Part shown: piece after piece, positions 26,276 to 36,771 of the stretch | How the letters are laid out: every line of letters starts with the position of its first letter | How positions within the stretch are numbered: position 1 is the stretch's first letter | Assembly: GCF_000315625.1 (NCBI RefSeq) | Contig: NW_005434597.1 | Coordinates: 390,641 to 427,501, forward strand | DNA: 36,861 nt | Reading direction: 5' to 3' | Source of the DNA: Guillardia theta CCMP2712 | Lineage: Eukaryota > Protista > Cryptophyta | Notes under the pieces: model-generated | The model's database searches: none | Told to the model about the DNA's origin: nothing | The model's input: the letters and a program-made list of their open reading frames with translations, nothing else | Made by a program: the position numbers and the translations under genes

Positions 26276-29065
26276 TTAATTGCTGCCTTTTTGTTTCTTG
26301 GTTCTTAATGGTGGGGCGGGCCGGGACTGATCTACCTCTGGAGGCTCACCAAGGACGCCATGGCAACTGTCGCCCTGGTTTACGAGGAGATCAATCCGAA
26401 TCATCCTGCAATGCATTTGTTTTCGGCATCTTGACCCTTCGTAAAGCATCAATATCTTGCTGGACTCGAGGATTCCTCGACAAACTCTCATGCTGCGAAC
26501 ACAATGCTCTGTCCCCTTGACAAAATCGTAAAACGTTTTTCGATGGTCTCTTTGCCAAAACACGATGAAAGATGTGTAACGAATGCTGAGCAAGGCATGT
26601 CTTTGAATTTTTTATTAGAAAACAAGTCTTTATTTCATCCATCAATTGATTCAGTCAGACTCGTCCACTTCAACCTTGATATTTTCAAACTAATCAATGC
26701 TCAATTTTGTGTACAATTAGGTCACATTTTCCGGCATAAAGCGCTATTCTGTGTTGTTTCTAGCACTACTCATGAGATGTGGTAACTCATCAGAAATTCA
26801 ATATCCGTGCGGTCTTGTTGGTCTGTCGCGAGGATTCAATCAGTGAAAACTGGCTCCAATCAACGCTTCATACCGAACATTGTGTGCAGCCTTTCTCTTC
26901 GTCAGCCTTTCTCTTCGACGGCGAGAAGGAGAATGTGATCTTGTAGGCAGGATAAGCGCTGGCACCATGCTGGCAATGTTGGTCAGAGATCCCAATGGAG
27001 TGTAGATATTGTGGCGTTCAGACCGGAATCACAAAGATTGACGGGTCGTGCAAGCTATTCACGAGACTATGAAAGTGTTGGCCTGGTCCTCCTAACTCAT
27101 CAAGCGACATCAGCGGATCCCTAAGATTTGAGGAGGGAGGATGAAGCTTATACCGCTAGGGTCGATCGGAGGTGCCCGCATGAAGGAATCTCCCTTCGTG
27201 TAGCGGCCGGTGATGATCTGTGAACACATCGCCATTAAAACAATGTTTGTTCATGCGCATGCTTGAATTTTGTGTACCCGTGCGAGAAACATACAACAGT
27301 CACCGGATAAGTTTGGTCGTGAATAGTTGAGAGAATATCTGTGAGAAATGGATAATTTGAGTTGCAATGATGCAAAACGTCGAAAGATTACTTCGAATCT
27401 CTTGCAAAGTACGCTCCAGCCCCGTAGGATGCTCCATTTTTTGATCCTGTGCATACCGGATGGCAAATAGATCAATGTACTCTTATCACAGTTAAGAGTA
27501 GCACCTGCTAGTGTGACCAGAAATCCTTCATTCATGATGGCTGTGCTTGGATCTTCGTCCCTGCATATTTTGAGGTTTCCGTCAACTTGTGAGGAATTAC
27601 TCACATGCACTGAGATGTAGTGCCATGAAAAGCCCATCGCTCCATTGCTCCTGGAACCCACTCCAGCCCTCTCTTCTCGATCTCACACTTGATGCGATCT
27701 CTCTGCGCCAAATCTTGTCAAACGGCAAAAACATGCTTGAAAGTAAAAAACGAAAACCTGAACCAAGAAAAGATTTCGCAAGCCAGTGTTTTGCACTCGC
27801 TCAATCTTTTGTATGTGTGGGCTAGGCTGAAGGTAAGCATCGCAATTAAAATAAAAGGAAACTTACAACATTTTCTGGAGAGAAAGGTAAAACAAATCAG
27901 ACACCATCTTATATTCCTCGCTTGTTTCTGATAATTCTTTTGTAATGTTGGTGTCTTCTTCACTGGAATGGTTTGTCAAGATATTCAAGAATGTGAATAC
28001 TGACAAGACTCTCTTCTCAGATTCGTTTGTACCTTGTGGATTTCCATAACCTGCGTCAGGGACAACTTCACAATAAATTAAAATCAAATTCTCAAAAGAA
28101 AACGCTAGCTTTCTTGCTTGTGCAGGTAGCCATTCTCACTCACCATGGACATCCTGTGACGTGTGTCTTTCCATCGTATATGACTTCGAAGGTCGTACCG
28201 CATTTCGTTGTCAATGTACCGGAGGTTGGAAAGTTCTTCTCAAATTTTCCTTTGAAAATCCGGAAAAGCACACGATCTTCACTCTGGCATTCGTATGTCC
28301 CCTAGCATCCAGACAGGTCACTTTGCTTTCTTGTTGCTCCGTCGTGGAAAATTACCTCGCCATGCATCTTGTCCTCACGCCAACTACCCAAGTACTGGAA
28401 TCCGCAGCTTCGATAGAATCCTTCCCCTGTGAAAAAGTTACTAGATAGGCCAAAACTTCACCAGCATTACCTTCACGAAGATCATTCACATATTCTCCTT
28501 TGTAGATTGTTCCGTCCTTCCATTTATAGACTCCATAGCCATGCCTCCTGTTTGCGACCAGTCCCCCTTGATCAAGTTCAAATTATGTCGAACTTTGCTT
28601 TGATAGATGAGTTTCATTACCAGAATACGATGACCCATCCGGCCATTTCAAAGTTCCCTGACCGAAAATCTCGCCATCGATAAACTCTCCTTCAGTACTG
28701 ATCGAAGCTCAGAAACAGCTTCAGTACTTCAATACCATACATCAAGCCATCTGGATAGCGCAACATGCCCCTTCCACATAATTTTTCCTCGCAAACATCC
28801 CCTTCCCAGATCAATCCATCTGGCCAAACATATCTGAAAAGCAAGAGAGGTTCGGTGAAGTAAAGATAACAATTAACGAAAAACCTTCTTCGGTCACCAT
28901 GAATCTTTCCATTGCTTTCGACTTCGTGAATCTCCACGCATGGCGAGTTTGGAAGCATGTTCTATCGATATCAGTCAAGCAAACACCCTCTTGCTATGAT
29001 TCAGAAGCATCCTCTACCTCCCGTGTCTGTCTGCAAGCCTGTCTCTCCACTTTCCGGTCTACCAT
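26276..29065 (-). CDS. MORN-repeat protein with long uncharacterised C-terminal part (could be two genes)
   Basis: YVWPDGLIWEGDVCEEKLCGRGMLRYPDG, GEFIDGEIFGQGTLKWPDGSSYSG, RHGYGVYKWKDGTIYKGEYVNDLREG, YLGSWREDKMHG in ~28350-28840. Confidence 0.7.
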
Positions 29066-30003
29066 GACTTCATGCACCAGTGAGGAATGGTTCGTGGGTA
29101 CAGGGGGTGCAGGGGGTGCAGGGGGTGGTTTAGTAACATGCTCGGACCTCAGTCAGGGTGGGTCATGGGTGAGGTATGTAGGGGTAGGGGTATTTTTGTT
29201 GTGAAATCTTGAGGGTGGGGTGTGAGAAACCCACAAACTCTCTCATGATGTAGCTGTGCGATGGAGAGGTTTGGAGGAAAGGTTGGAGCGTGAAGAAGCA
29301 GGTGCATATGATGACACTATGCATATCTTAATGCCACACACAAATGATAACAAAGTACCCGTTGATTACAGAATGTTCATATTATCACGCCATATACATG
29401 TGTACCCGACGTACACGTGACACAGTATAGGCATAATTACTGAACACAAAATATTCCCATCATGTACATGATTGCAATGTTCATGCAAGATGATAACGTA
29501 CACAAACAATCGAACTATATAAATGATTACAATACAAATGTGATCACAACATAAACACATGATATACAATGATCAGAGCATTCATGCACAATTGCATCAT
29601 AAGCAAATGAGTACAATTGACACACATTTTTGCAAAATACGAACTATGACAACAAAGCAGGCTTTATTTTTGTTCAGTGATAATATCGACAAAAGAAAGA
29701 TCGACAAAAGAAAGATCAATGGATCAGTGCTGTTTGCTTCTATTGTGTTTCAAATGGTGCACGTCGAAGTGTCCAGCAGTCGAAGTAAAATATCGGACGT
29801 CGTTGAGCGCAGCTAGAATGCGTGTGATGGATCCTACATAAACGACTAGTACATCCCACGTGACGTTAACATTCACGTCACTTCGAATATTAGATTTCAA
29901 CAAGTATCAAATCAACAGTGGTTCTGTCATAATGAAAACGATCACCCTTTGCAGATTGTTTGCTTGTACTAAGCCTTCCTTCGTAGGTGGCCAGATTCAT
30001 TTA

Positions 30004-32930
30004 TTAGGTTACAAGTAGCTCATGTAGAAGATGTGCAGTATACTCTAAAACATTTTCAAAAGTCAGCTGTTCATCAACAAAGGCGTTGTTCTCTTGGATG
30101 ATTTTCTTGCTCAGATGGGGAAACGATTCTAAACGAATCACAATTTGCTTCAATTCTGTCGTATCTTGATAGCTGACGAAGTGAGTATTTTCTTTTAGTT
30201 TGTAGGTGTAAAATTCTTCGTATGCCGAACCACGCCTGCATGCCACGATTTGTGAGTTTGCACAGGAACAAAAAGGCAATGAATTACCGGCGAATCATCA
30301 CAGCATGGATGGGAAGCAAGATCCGAGTTCTGTCGGACAAGGAGTTCCCATCATTGTAAAGCAGATACTTGTATCTGAGATGCTCCGTAAAATTGTGTTT
30401 CACAGTATCGCCTGCCATCCCTTTTTCCTTCAGGCGGAAATATACGTCTTGGCGTAGACTGACGAGCCCGAATGGCGGTCCTGTGAAAACGTATCCAGAA
30501 CAGACATCTGTGTTGTCAACCGCATAATGAAAATAATCGACCTTCGCAGGATGTGGGATAGTTGAAGTGTAAATCTTGGGAATCTTGTTCTCAAATGGGA
30601 CAACATCCATTGCTCTCAGCTTCTGGACTGCTTGACTGTAAGTGTAAACATTGATCCTTTTCTTGATTTGCTCAGCTTGCACAGACTTGGATGAATGACC
30701 GTAATTTTCGTACTCATTAAATCCAGACATGACCTCATCTAGAACAAATCTAGAATTTGGAATCAAGAATTGTGCAGAATAGCCCTTTAATCTGCAAAAG
30801 TTCAGATATCCTTCCTTGGGATGATCAGACAGATTGATATTAATGTAGAACTGCTTAGGAAGCACGTGAGAATAATGTTGTAGCAACACCTTAAAGAAGT
30901 AAAGATATTGAGCCTTTCTCATGTAATGAATGAAACCTTCTCCATCCTTGACATCAACGATTATTCCATTCTCAACCACAAGAGAAATTCCACTTTCTGG
31001 AGGGGAAAGTGTTCGGATCAACTTAGCTTTGACCCTTGCCTGACCCAGAACCATGGACTGGAAGGGGTGCTTCCAATGCAAGCCGTTCGTCCCCCCGACG
31101 GTTTTGATCTCGTTCTGTAACTTTTGCTGTCCTGACTCAGGAGAATTGCTCAAATGGTTCCTCGTCTTACTGTTCACATAAAGATGGTCGAAGAGGTTCA
31201 AAGCATTCAAAATGGCTTCATCCATATTGAAATACTTATAGTTTGCAAGCCTGCCAACAAAGTGCACTTTAGGTTTTCGATTCCCATCTGATTGATTTAA
31301 AGATTCCAATCTTTTTGATAACTCTTGATACATCTTGAACAACCTTCTGTTTTGATCATTCGGGACTGGATAATAAGGTTCATTCTGACCAGCAACGTAC
31401 TTTGTACCATGTTCATAAACGACGATTGTGTGATTGCTTTTCTGTCTCAAAAATTGCTTGTATTCTACACTTCGAGTCCAAGGCACATCGGGAGAAGGAT
31501 AATTTACAACACTCGAAGGTTGGACATGCGATGATTCTCCAACGTCGAAGAAGACTCTTGGAGAAAACATCAATGATCTGTATTCAAGCTTACCTAGTTT
31601 CTCGTCGAAAAATGCATCAATTGGTCCAGTAAAAAACAGCTCAGAACAAAACTTTCCATCTTCCAGGATGTCCCTCACTTCGAAAAAGTTTAGACCCAAA
31701 ATGGTAGTGATAGAAGAATGATTTAGCAATGCTTCGACAAATCTCGTATACCCTTTTTGTGGAAGTGCTTGATACGGATCTTGGAAATATCTTGAATCAA
31801 AATTTCCATGGACAGGAATCCTAGCTGTGACTTCCGGGCCCAGTTCCGTAGCCTTCCGTCCCCATTGCTTCTCGGTGTATGTTTTGAAAACAATGTTGTA
31901 GAGATCTTGTCCAACACGAGAGATACACTGATCTTCTGCATTTTGACATTCTTTCTGCTCGGTTTCCCTCTTTTCATTCGAAAGAGTACAACGATCCTCT
32001 TTTCTTGGCCGGTGCAAATCTAACCACGTCTTCACTTCTTCATCGGTTGTCAGATTCAAATTGAACAGAATGTTGAGACTAATTCCGTTGATGGGCACTG
32101 GAACGAAGGTCGATCCTTGATGTGAGTTCTCAACGGAAGCTAGGACTTCATGATCCCACCGTATCCATCCACCTGCTCCTCTTCGCTGTAAGTCGTCTTT
32201 GTTGATATAATCCCATACTGCTTTGTGATTTGTATGGAAGAGGTGCGGACCATACTTATGAACTCGTATTCCAGTTGCTTTATCAGTATAGTCATAGCAA
32301 TTCCCACCAACATGATTCCTCTTTTCAACCATGAGCACTTTCCTGTCTCGAAACCAGCTTGCATATCGTTCAGCTATGACAGAACCGGACAATCCTGCTC
32401 CAACAATGCAGGCATGGAATGCAGGAATGGAGGAGCCATTCTGTTTCCATGATCTGTGAATGATCTTCAATTGCATCTCTCCAGAGTTTGAACGCGAGTC
32501 ATTCAGTTTCTCATTGGGAGGATACACATTTCTGCTCAGTTCAGATTGGTTGATTGGATTTCTTACCAAAACTTCATTGGAAACACGTCCCTTAAAAATT
32601 GCGTCTTCTGTCTCGTGTTCTGATTTACCACGTCCTTGGATAAGTTGATCTGATTTCAATTGTGGTTGTCTTGAAAAGTAAGCACAGCCTGTTCAACACC
32701 CTGAGTAACGATATGCTGTCAAAACGAGCATTTCACCTGTCACGAAAGAGAGCTTCATCGTTCGACGAATAGCATAGTTACATTCCACTGAACAGCCACT
32801 CTCAACAAAGCATTTGCAAGCATCATACTTCGGACTTCTGGTAGAACAATCGGGTTATACCAGCTGAAAATGTGAATGCATAGCTCTCACATTTGTGATT
32901 CTTGTGGCTTCGAGGGCTTTAGGCATGTCA
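30004..32930 (-). CDS. glf: Bacterial-type UDP-galactopyranose mutase (Glf) fused to a C-terminal glycosyltransferase family 90 (CAP10)-like domain
   Basis: IVGAGLSG FAD motif, EKRNHVGGNCYD, HKYGPHLFHT, YTEKQWG, LEYRSL, EPYYP, GRLANYKYFNMDEAI. C-terminal HLRYKYLLYNDGNSLSDRTRILL..[intron]..SAYEEFYTYKLKENTHFV matches the GT90 signature. Main exon ~2.4 kb without introns. Confidence 0.88.
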
Positions 32931-33446
32931 GCGCACTTGTGTAGCATGCCTTTGCAACCGCTTGGCTTCCACATGCTGGCAAGAGTTGTGCAATAGTTAA
33001 GGTCAGCCGTTCATCCTACAGCCATAAGGTGTCAAAACCGGACCCGTCCTTGTGAAACGCGCAAGAGTTTGAATACCTGAAACACTATGATCGGGAAAAT
33101 GCGCACAAGTATGATGACAGATCCAACAAGTGGCAAGAGCAGCAGCCCCCTTCCTCGCATCTGCTTGCGCCCGACCCCCCCCTATATCCCCGTCATGCCT
33201 CGTAATTCATAATCCCTCTTTTTCCGAAATCCCTGGCATGGAAGGTGTCTATGAAAAGGCCAACAAAGACCCTAAATCTGATCTGAGATATTTCAAAAGT
33301 CAGGGAAGATTTTTAAAATTTCTTTAGAGGGTGTTAGTGGTCAACGGGAGGCCTACCACTGATGAGACCAAGCTTCGCTAAAACAGAAGCAGCTTCCCAA
33401 GAGGCCCGGAAGCAAGTTCTTGGTATAGTTGAAACTTGGCAGTTCT

Positions 33447-33505
33447 CGCCGACCTCGTCGAGAGGGTGAAGAGCTTCGCAAAGCGGTATCCTGGTAGTAG
33501 GACAG
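33447..33505 (+). pseudogene. Relic fragment A of the telomeric element ORF
   Basis: 59-nt match to 33969-34027 with 6 mismatches (ADLVERVKSFAKRYPGSRT vs ..SFMKRYPGSRT). Confidence 0.9.
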
Positions 33506-33527
33506 GGTTTAGGATTTAGGGTTTAGG
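33504..33527 (+). repeat. Short interstitial telomeric tract (TTTAGGG, one variant)
   Basis: AGGGTTTAGGATTTAGGGTTTAGG. Confidence 0.9.
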
Positions 33528-33700
33528 AAGCTGTAGGTTTCAAACCCACTGTCAGCTCTCAGGAGGAAGAGGAGAGCGAGGAGCAAGCTCAGGACCCCCA
33601 AGGGCAGCAGCAAGGCGCTGGATGGCTGGAGCTCAGCGACATCGACAGAATCACCATGGAAGGAGCGTCACCGTCAGGGCCAGTCGATCAACAGGTCTTG
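33527..33700 (+). pseudogene. Relic fragment B of the telomeric element ORF
   Basis: Homologous to 35323-35502; translates EAVGFK..EEQAQDPQGQQQGAGWLELSDIDRITMEGASPSGPVDQQVL. Confidence 0.92.
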
Positions 33701-33766
33701 GGTTTAGGGTTTAGGGTTTAGGGTTTAGGGTTTAGGGTTTAGGGTTTAGGGTTTAGGGTTTTAGGG
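33700..33766 (+). repeat. Interstitial telomeric array (TTTAGGG)~9
   Basis: Perfect TTTAGGG units; the last is TTTTAGGG. Confidence 0.97.
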
Positions 33767-36598
33767 CCCGTTGACAGAGGCATGCTGCTCTGTGGCGCGT
33801 AGGGAGAGCGCAAGGGCACCGGAGGAAGCTGCGAGCAAGAGGTTTGTACAGTTCAAACAGCTTTCTAAGTATGGTACTACAGTATGATGAGAGCGTTCGC
33901 AACCTGCTGTATCGGAGATCATGCCAATACACGCAGGGCGAGCGCTCTGGAGGCCACGTCGAAGAGGCCGCCGACCTCGTTGAGAGAGTGAAGAGCTTCA
34001 TGAAGCGTTATCCTGGTAGTAGGACAGCTCATGCTTGCAGAGCTGAGGGGGGATGCACTCCCGACGCTATCGCTGAAGCCATCCGCTCGACATGTCGGCA
34101 GGCGAGACGCGACCTGTTTGAAGACTCTCTGAGCGAATGGAGCTCAGAGTCGAGAGCATGGTTTATTCAACAGATGGAGGAGGCCAAGAAGCAGAATGTC
34201 GAGACATACATCGGCACCGAAGGCACCGAGGGGACCTCCTTCATCTCCATGACTCTCCTAGGGATTTCCTCGATGTATGTTCGACAAGAAGAAAAGTTGA
34301 AAACGAAGCTTATGGAGCTGGGACTCATGGTAGACTCAGTCGACGGAGTCGACAAGGCCATCATGTGGAAAGCACCTTACAGACCTGAGATAGCACGAGC
34401 AGACGACATCTCAGTCACCGTCTCCTTCCTTCGGAATGAAGCAGCCATGGAGCTATGGGAAGGCAGGAGAGAATACTGCATAGACGGCAGACCGTTCCGA
34501 GCCACAGAGGTGAGCATTGCACATGACCGGTCGTTCAAGCTTCGAGCCAAGCGAGGACCTTGGGGCAAGGGAGGGAGCCTTGCCGAGCTATCACAGCTCT
34601 TAGCTCTCGGAGGAATGTCGACGGCCGAGATCGCTCAGATTTATCGATTTCAGCTGGTCTCGCAATCTCTTGCAGCCGCAGAGGTACAACCGCTTGCTGG
34701 CATGCTCGTGCAGAGTCCTGGGCAGAGAGGTCGCAAGGGGCCGAGCCCGAAGACGTATGTTGCTGTTGGAGCAAGCACTGGAGCTCTGCAGCTGCGAGAA
34801 GTGGAATGGGTACTAACATGCCCGACGTTGACCAGCTGCGAGCAGACGTTGGCCTCGTTCAGAGAGAGCGAGGCGATGGAGGGGGTACATCTAACCCTCA
34901 TCAGCGACGACGCCAAGCTCAGAGAGACGTTTGCAGTCGAGCTCACAGCAGACACTTTCGTGCCGAGGGGAAAGATCGCCAAGCAGAGGAAGGTACTTCG
35001 CGACAGAGACCAAGCTAGGCACAGCAGCTTTAGAGTACAGATCAAGTCGAGGTCAAGCATGAGCACAGGCCGCTTCTCGAGGAAGGAGATGGAAGCGCTG
35101 TGCGGAGGAGGTAACACATCGATCACGAGAGTCAAGCGAGCCATGTTGGAGTTAGCAAGAAGAATGAATCTCAAGCTGGTCAGCGTCGAGGTCGAGGAGG
35201 ATCGTGACACGCTCAGCTGGGATGGGAGCCTGATAGCTCTCTCCCTGGCGACCAAGGCAGAGGCTCGACGCTTGATGGACGACATGCCCTTCTACTTGGA
35301 AGGGATCCTGGAAGTCAAGCTGGAAGCGGTGGGTTTTAAGCTCAACCCTCAGCATGAGGAGGAGAGGAGCCCGAGCAGCGAGGAGCAAGCCCAAGAGCCC
35401 CAAGGGCAGCAGCAAGGCGCTGGATGGCTGGAGCTCAGCGACATCGACAGGATCACCATGGAAGCAGCGTCACCGTCAGGGCCAGTCGACCAACAGGTGT
35501 TGCTCGACCTCTCGACGATGCTCTTGGAGACATCAGAGGAGGAGCTGCTAGCTGGCAAGCCGATCTCGCTGGAGCTAGACAAGAGTGTTGGCAAGCTGCA
35601 TGACACCTTCTGCTCGCCGGGCAACGTGGAGTTCATGACGCTCGGAGCTTGGGCAGCCACGCCGACGTTGGGATCGAAGCGAAACATGTTGAAAGAAAAG
35701 CTCAGAGCATACCTCGGCGAGCAGCGCTGGACACGGGTGCAAGGGAACAAGGCAGCGAGAAGGGGCAGCGCCTTCTCTCCAAGGGCAGCAGCGACTGATG
35801 CGCTCGAGCAGGAGGCTGAGAGCGATGACATCGAGAGTCGATCTGTAAGCCTCTTGTTTCTTGCGATCAGTAAATTTGCTGAGCACCATGGGTTGAGCTG
35901 CACGGGCAAGGTCGACAAGCAAGACCGACTGCGGCTGATGATGAGGGAGGAAGTCGACATGGAGGCTGAGGAGGGCGAGGGCGTGGAGGAGGAGGCCGGT
36001 GCAGGCCTCTCGCGTGCTTGAAGCTCGAGTCAAGTCTTAGAGGTGGACAAGAGGCGGAGCGGAGCTGTGGGCCCCAAGGGGGGAAGGAGGAAGAAATAAA
36101 TGAGGTGGACATGGGGCAAGCAACGAAGGTAAGGGCAGGTAAGCCGGTGGGGGAGGGGAGAGGGGGGCGGGTGGAGGAGGCCGGGCGGAGGCCGGCCGGG
36201 CCCTAGGGCCCGGTCCGGACCGAGGCCCGGGGGAAGGGACGTGAGTCCCAGGGACCCATCCACAACCCACTTGCCACCTCATCCAGCATCCACTCACTGG
36301 CCGAAGGCCGGCCGAGACCGCCAAGGTGTGTCGGGGCCGAGGAAGCAACACAAGTAAAGCACGGACGACCCAGGCCAAGGCCGGCGGAGGAAACGCCACT
36401 GGCTGAGGCCGGGGAAGACCACTGAAGTATATACCAGAGGAGGGAGCAGAGCAGAAGCACGGCTGCCATAGGGGCCAGCCAAGTCGGGCCGAACTGCCAG
36501 GTCACGAGATCCCTGTTAGACTAGAATAGAGCAAGGTGATAACAAGCCATGCAACCTACCTAGCATTCTAATAAACTCAACTACTACTACTACTACTA
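33767..36598 (+). mobile_element. Candidate telomere-inserted non-LTR-like element (single ORF, AATAAA, (CTA)6 tail)
   Basis: Bounded on both sides by TTTAGGG arrays; intronless ORF; AATAAA 36570-36575; (CTA)6 36581-36598 runs directly into GGGTTTTAGGG; diverged copies lie immediately upstream. Confidence 0.7.
33871..36021 (+). CDS. Intronless ~716-aa unknown protein, possibly retroelement ORF1-like with degenerate RRM-like segments
   Basis: Frame open from 33775, first ATG 33871. SVTVSFLRNEAAMELWEGRREYCIDGRPFRA and IALSLATKAEARRLM resemble RRM beta3-alpha2(-beta4). No YxDD RT, APE or CCHC motif seen. Synonymous-biased divergence from the relic copies. Confidence 0.75.
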   Translation: MVLQYDESVRNLLYRRSCQYTQGERSGGHVEEAADLVERVKSFMKRYPGSRTAHACRAEGGCTPDAIAEAIRSTCRQARRDLFEDSLSEWSSESRAWFIQQMEEAKKQNVETYIGTEGTEGTSFISMTLLGISSMYVRQEEKLKTKLMELGLMVDSVDGVDKAIMWKAPYRPEIARADDISVTVSFLRNEAAMELWEGRREYCIDGRPFRATEVSIAHDRSFKLRAKRGPWGKGGSLAELSQLLALGGMSTAEIAQIYRFQLVSQSLAAAEVQPLAGMLVQSPGQRGRKGPSPKTYVAVGASTGALQLREVEWVLTCPTLTSCEQTLASFRESEAMEGVHLTLISDDAKLRETFAVELTADTFVPRGKIAKQRKVLRDRDQARHSSFRVQIKSRSSMSTGRFSRKEMEALCGGGNTSITRVKRAMLELARRMNLKLVSVEVEEDRDTLSWDGSLIALSLATKAEARRLMDDMPFYLEGILEVKLEAVGFKLNPQHEEERSPSSEEQAQEPQGQQQGAGWLELSDIDRITMEAASPSGPVDQQVLLDLSTMLLETSEEELLAGKPISLELDKSVGKLHDTFCSPGNVEFMTLGAWAATPTLGSKRNMLKEKLRAYLGEQRWTRVQGNKAARRGSAFSPRAAATDALEQEAESDDIESRSVSLLFLAISKFAEHHGLSCTGKVDKQDRLRLMMREEVDMEAEEGEGVEEEAGAGLSRA

Positions 36599-36771
36599 GG
36601 GTTTTAGGGTTTAGGGTTTTAGGGTTTAGGGTTTAGGGTTTTAGGGTCTAGGGTCTAGGGTTTAGGGTTTAGGGTTTAGGGTTTAGGGTTTAGGGTTTAG
36701 GGTTTAGGGTTTAGGGTTTAGGGTTTAGGTTTTAGGGTTTAGGGTTTAGGGTTTAGGGTTTAGGGTTTAGG
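36597..36771 (+). repeat. Telomeric array (TTTAGGG)~24 with TTTTAGGG and TCTAGGG variants
   Basis: Direct reading; G-rich strand on +, so the chromosome end lies to the right. Confidence 0.98.

Noticed and set aside
29320-29720. AT-rich CA/TG-alternating tract with a 15-bp duplication (ATCGACAAAAGAAAG x2) as ncRNA or gene
   Set aside because: No recognisable RNA motif or credible ORF; looks like low-complexity intergenic DNA.
34650-35960. Antisense ORFs of 211 and 203 aa within the element
   Set aside because: Ser/Leu-rich shadows of the + strand ORF; substitutions in the relic copies are synonymous in the + frame.
33844-36021. Calling the ORF a reverse transcriptase or TERT
   Set aside because: No YxDD-type motif in an RT context, and no endonuclease or zinc-knuckle motifs visible.
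36597-36771. True chromosome terminus
   Set aside because: Non-telomeric satellite continues distal to the array, so it is interstitial within the telomeric zone.
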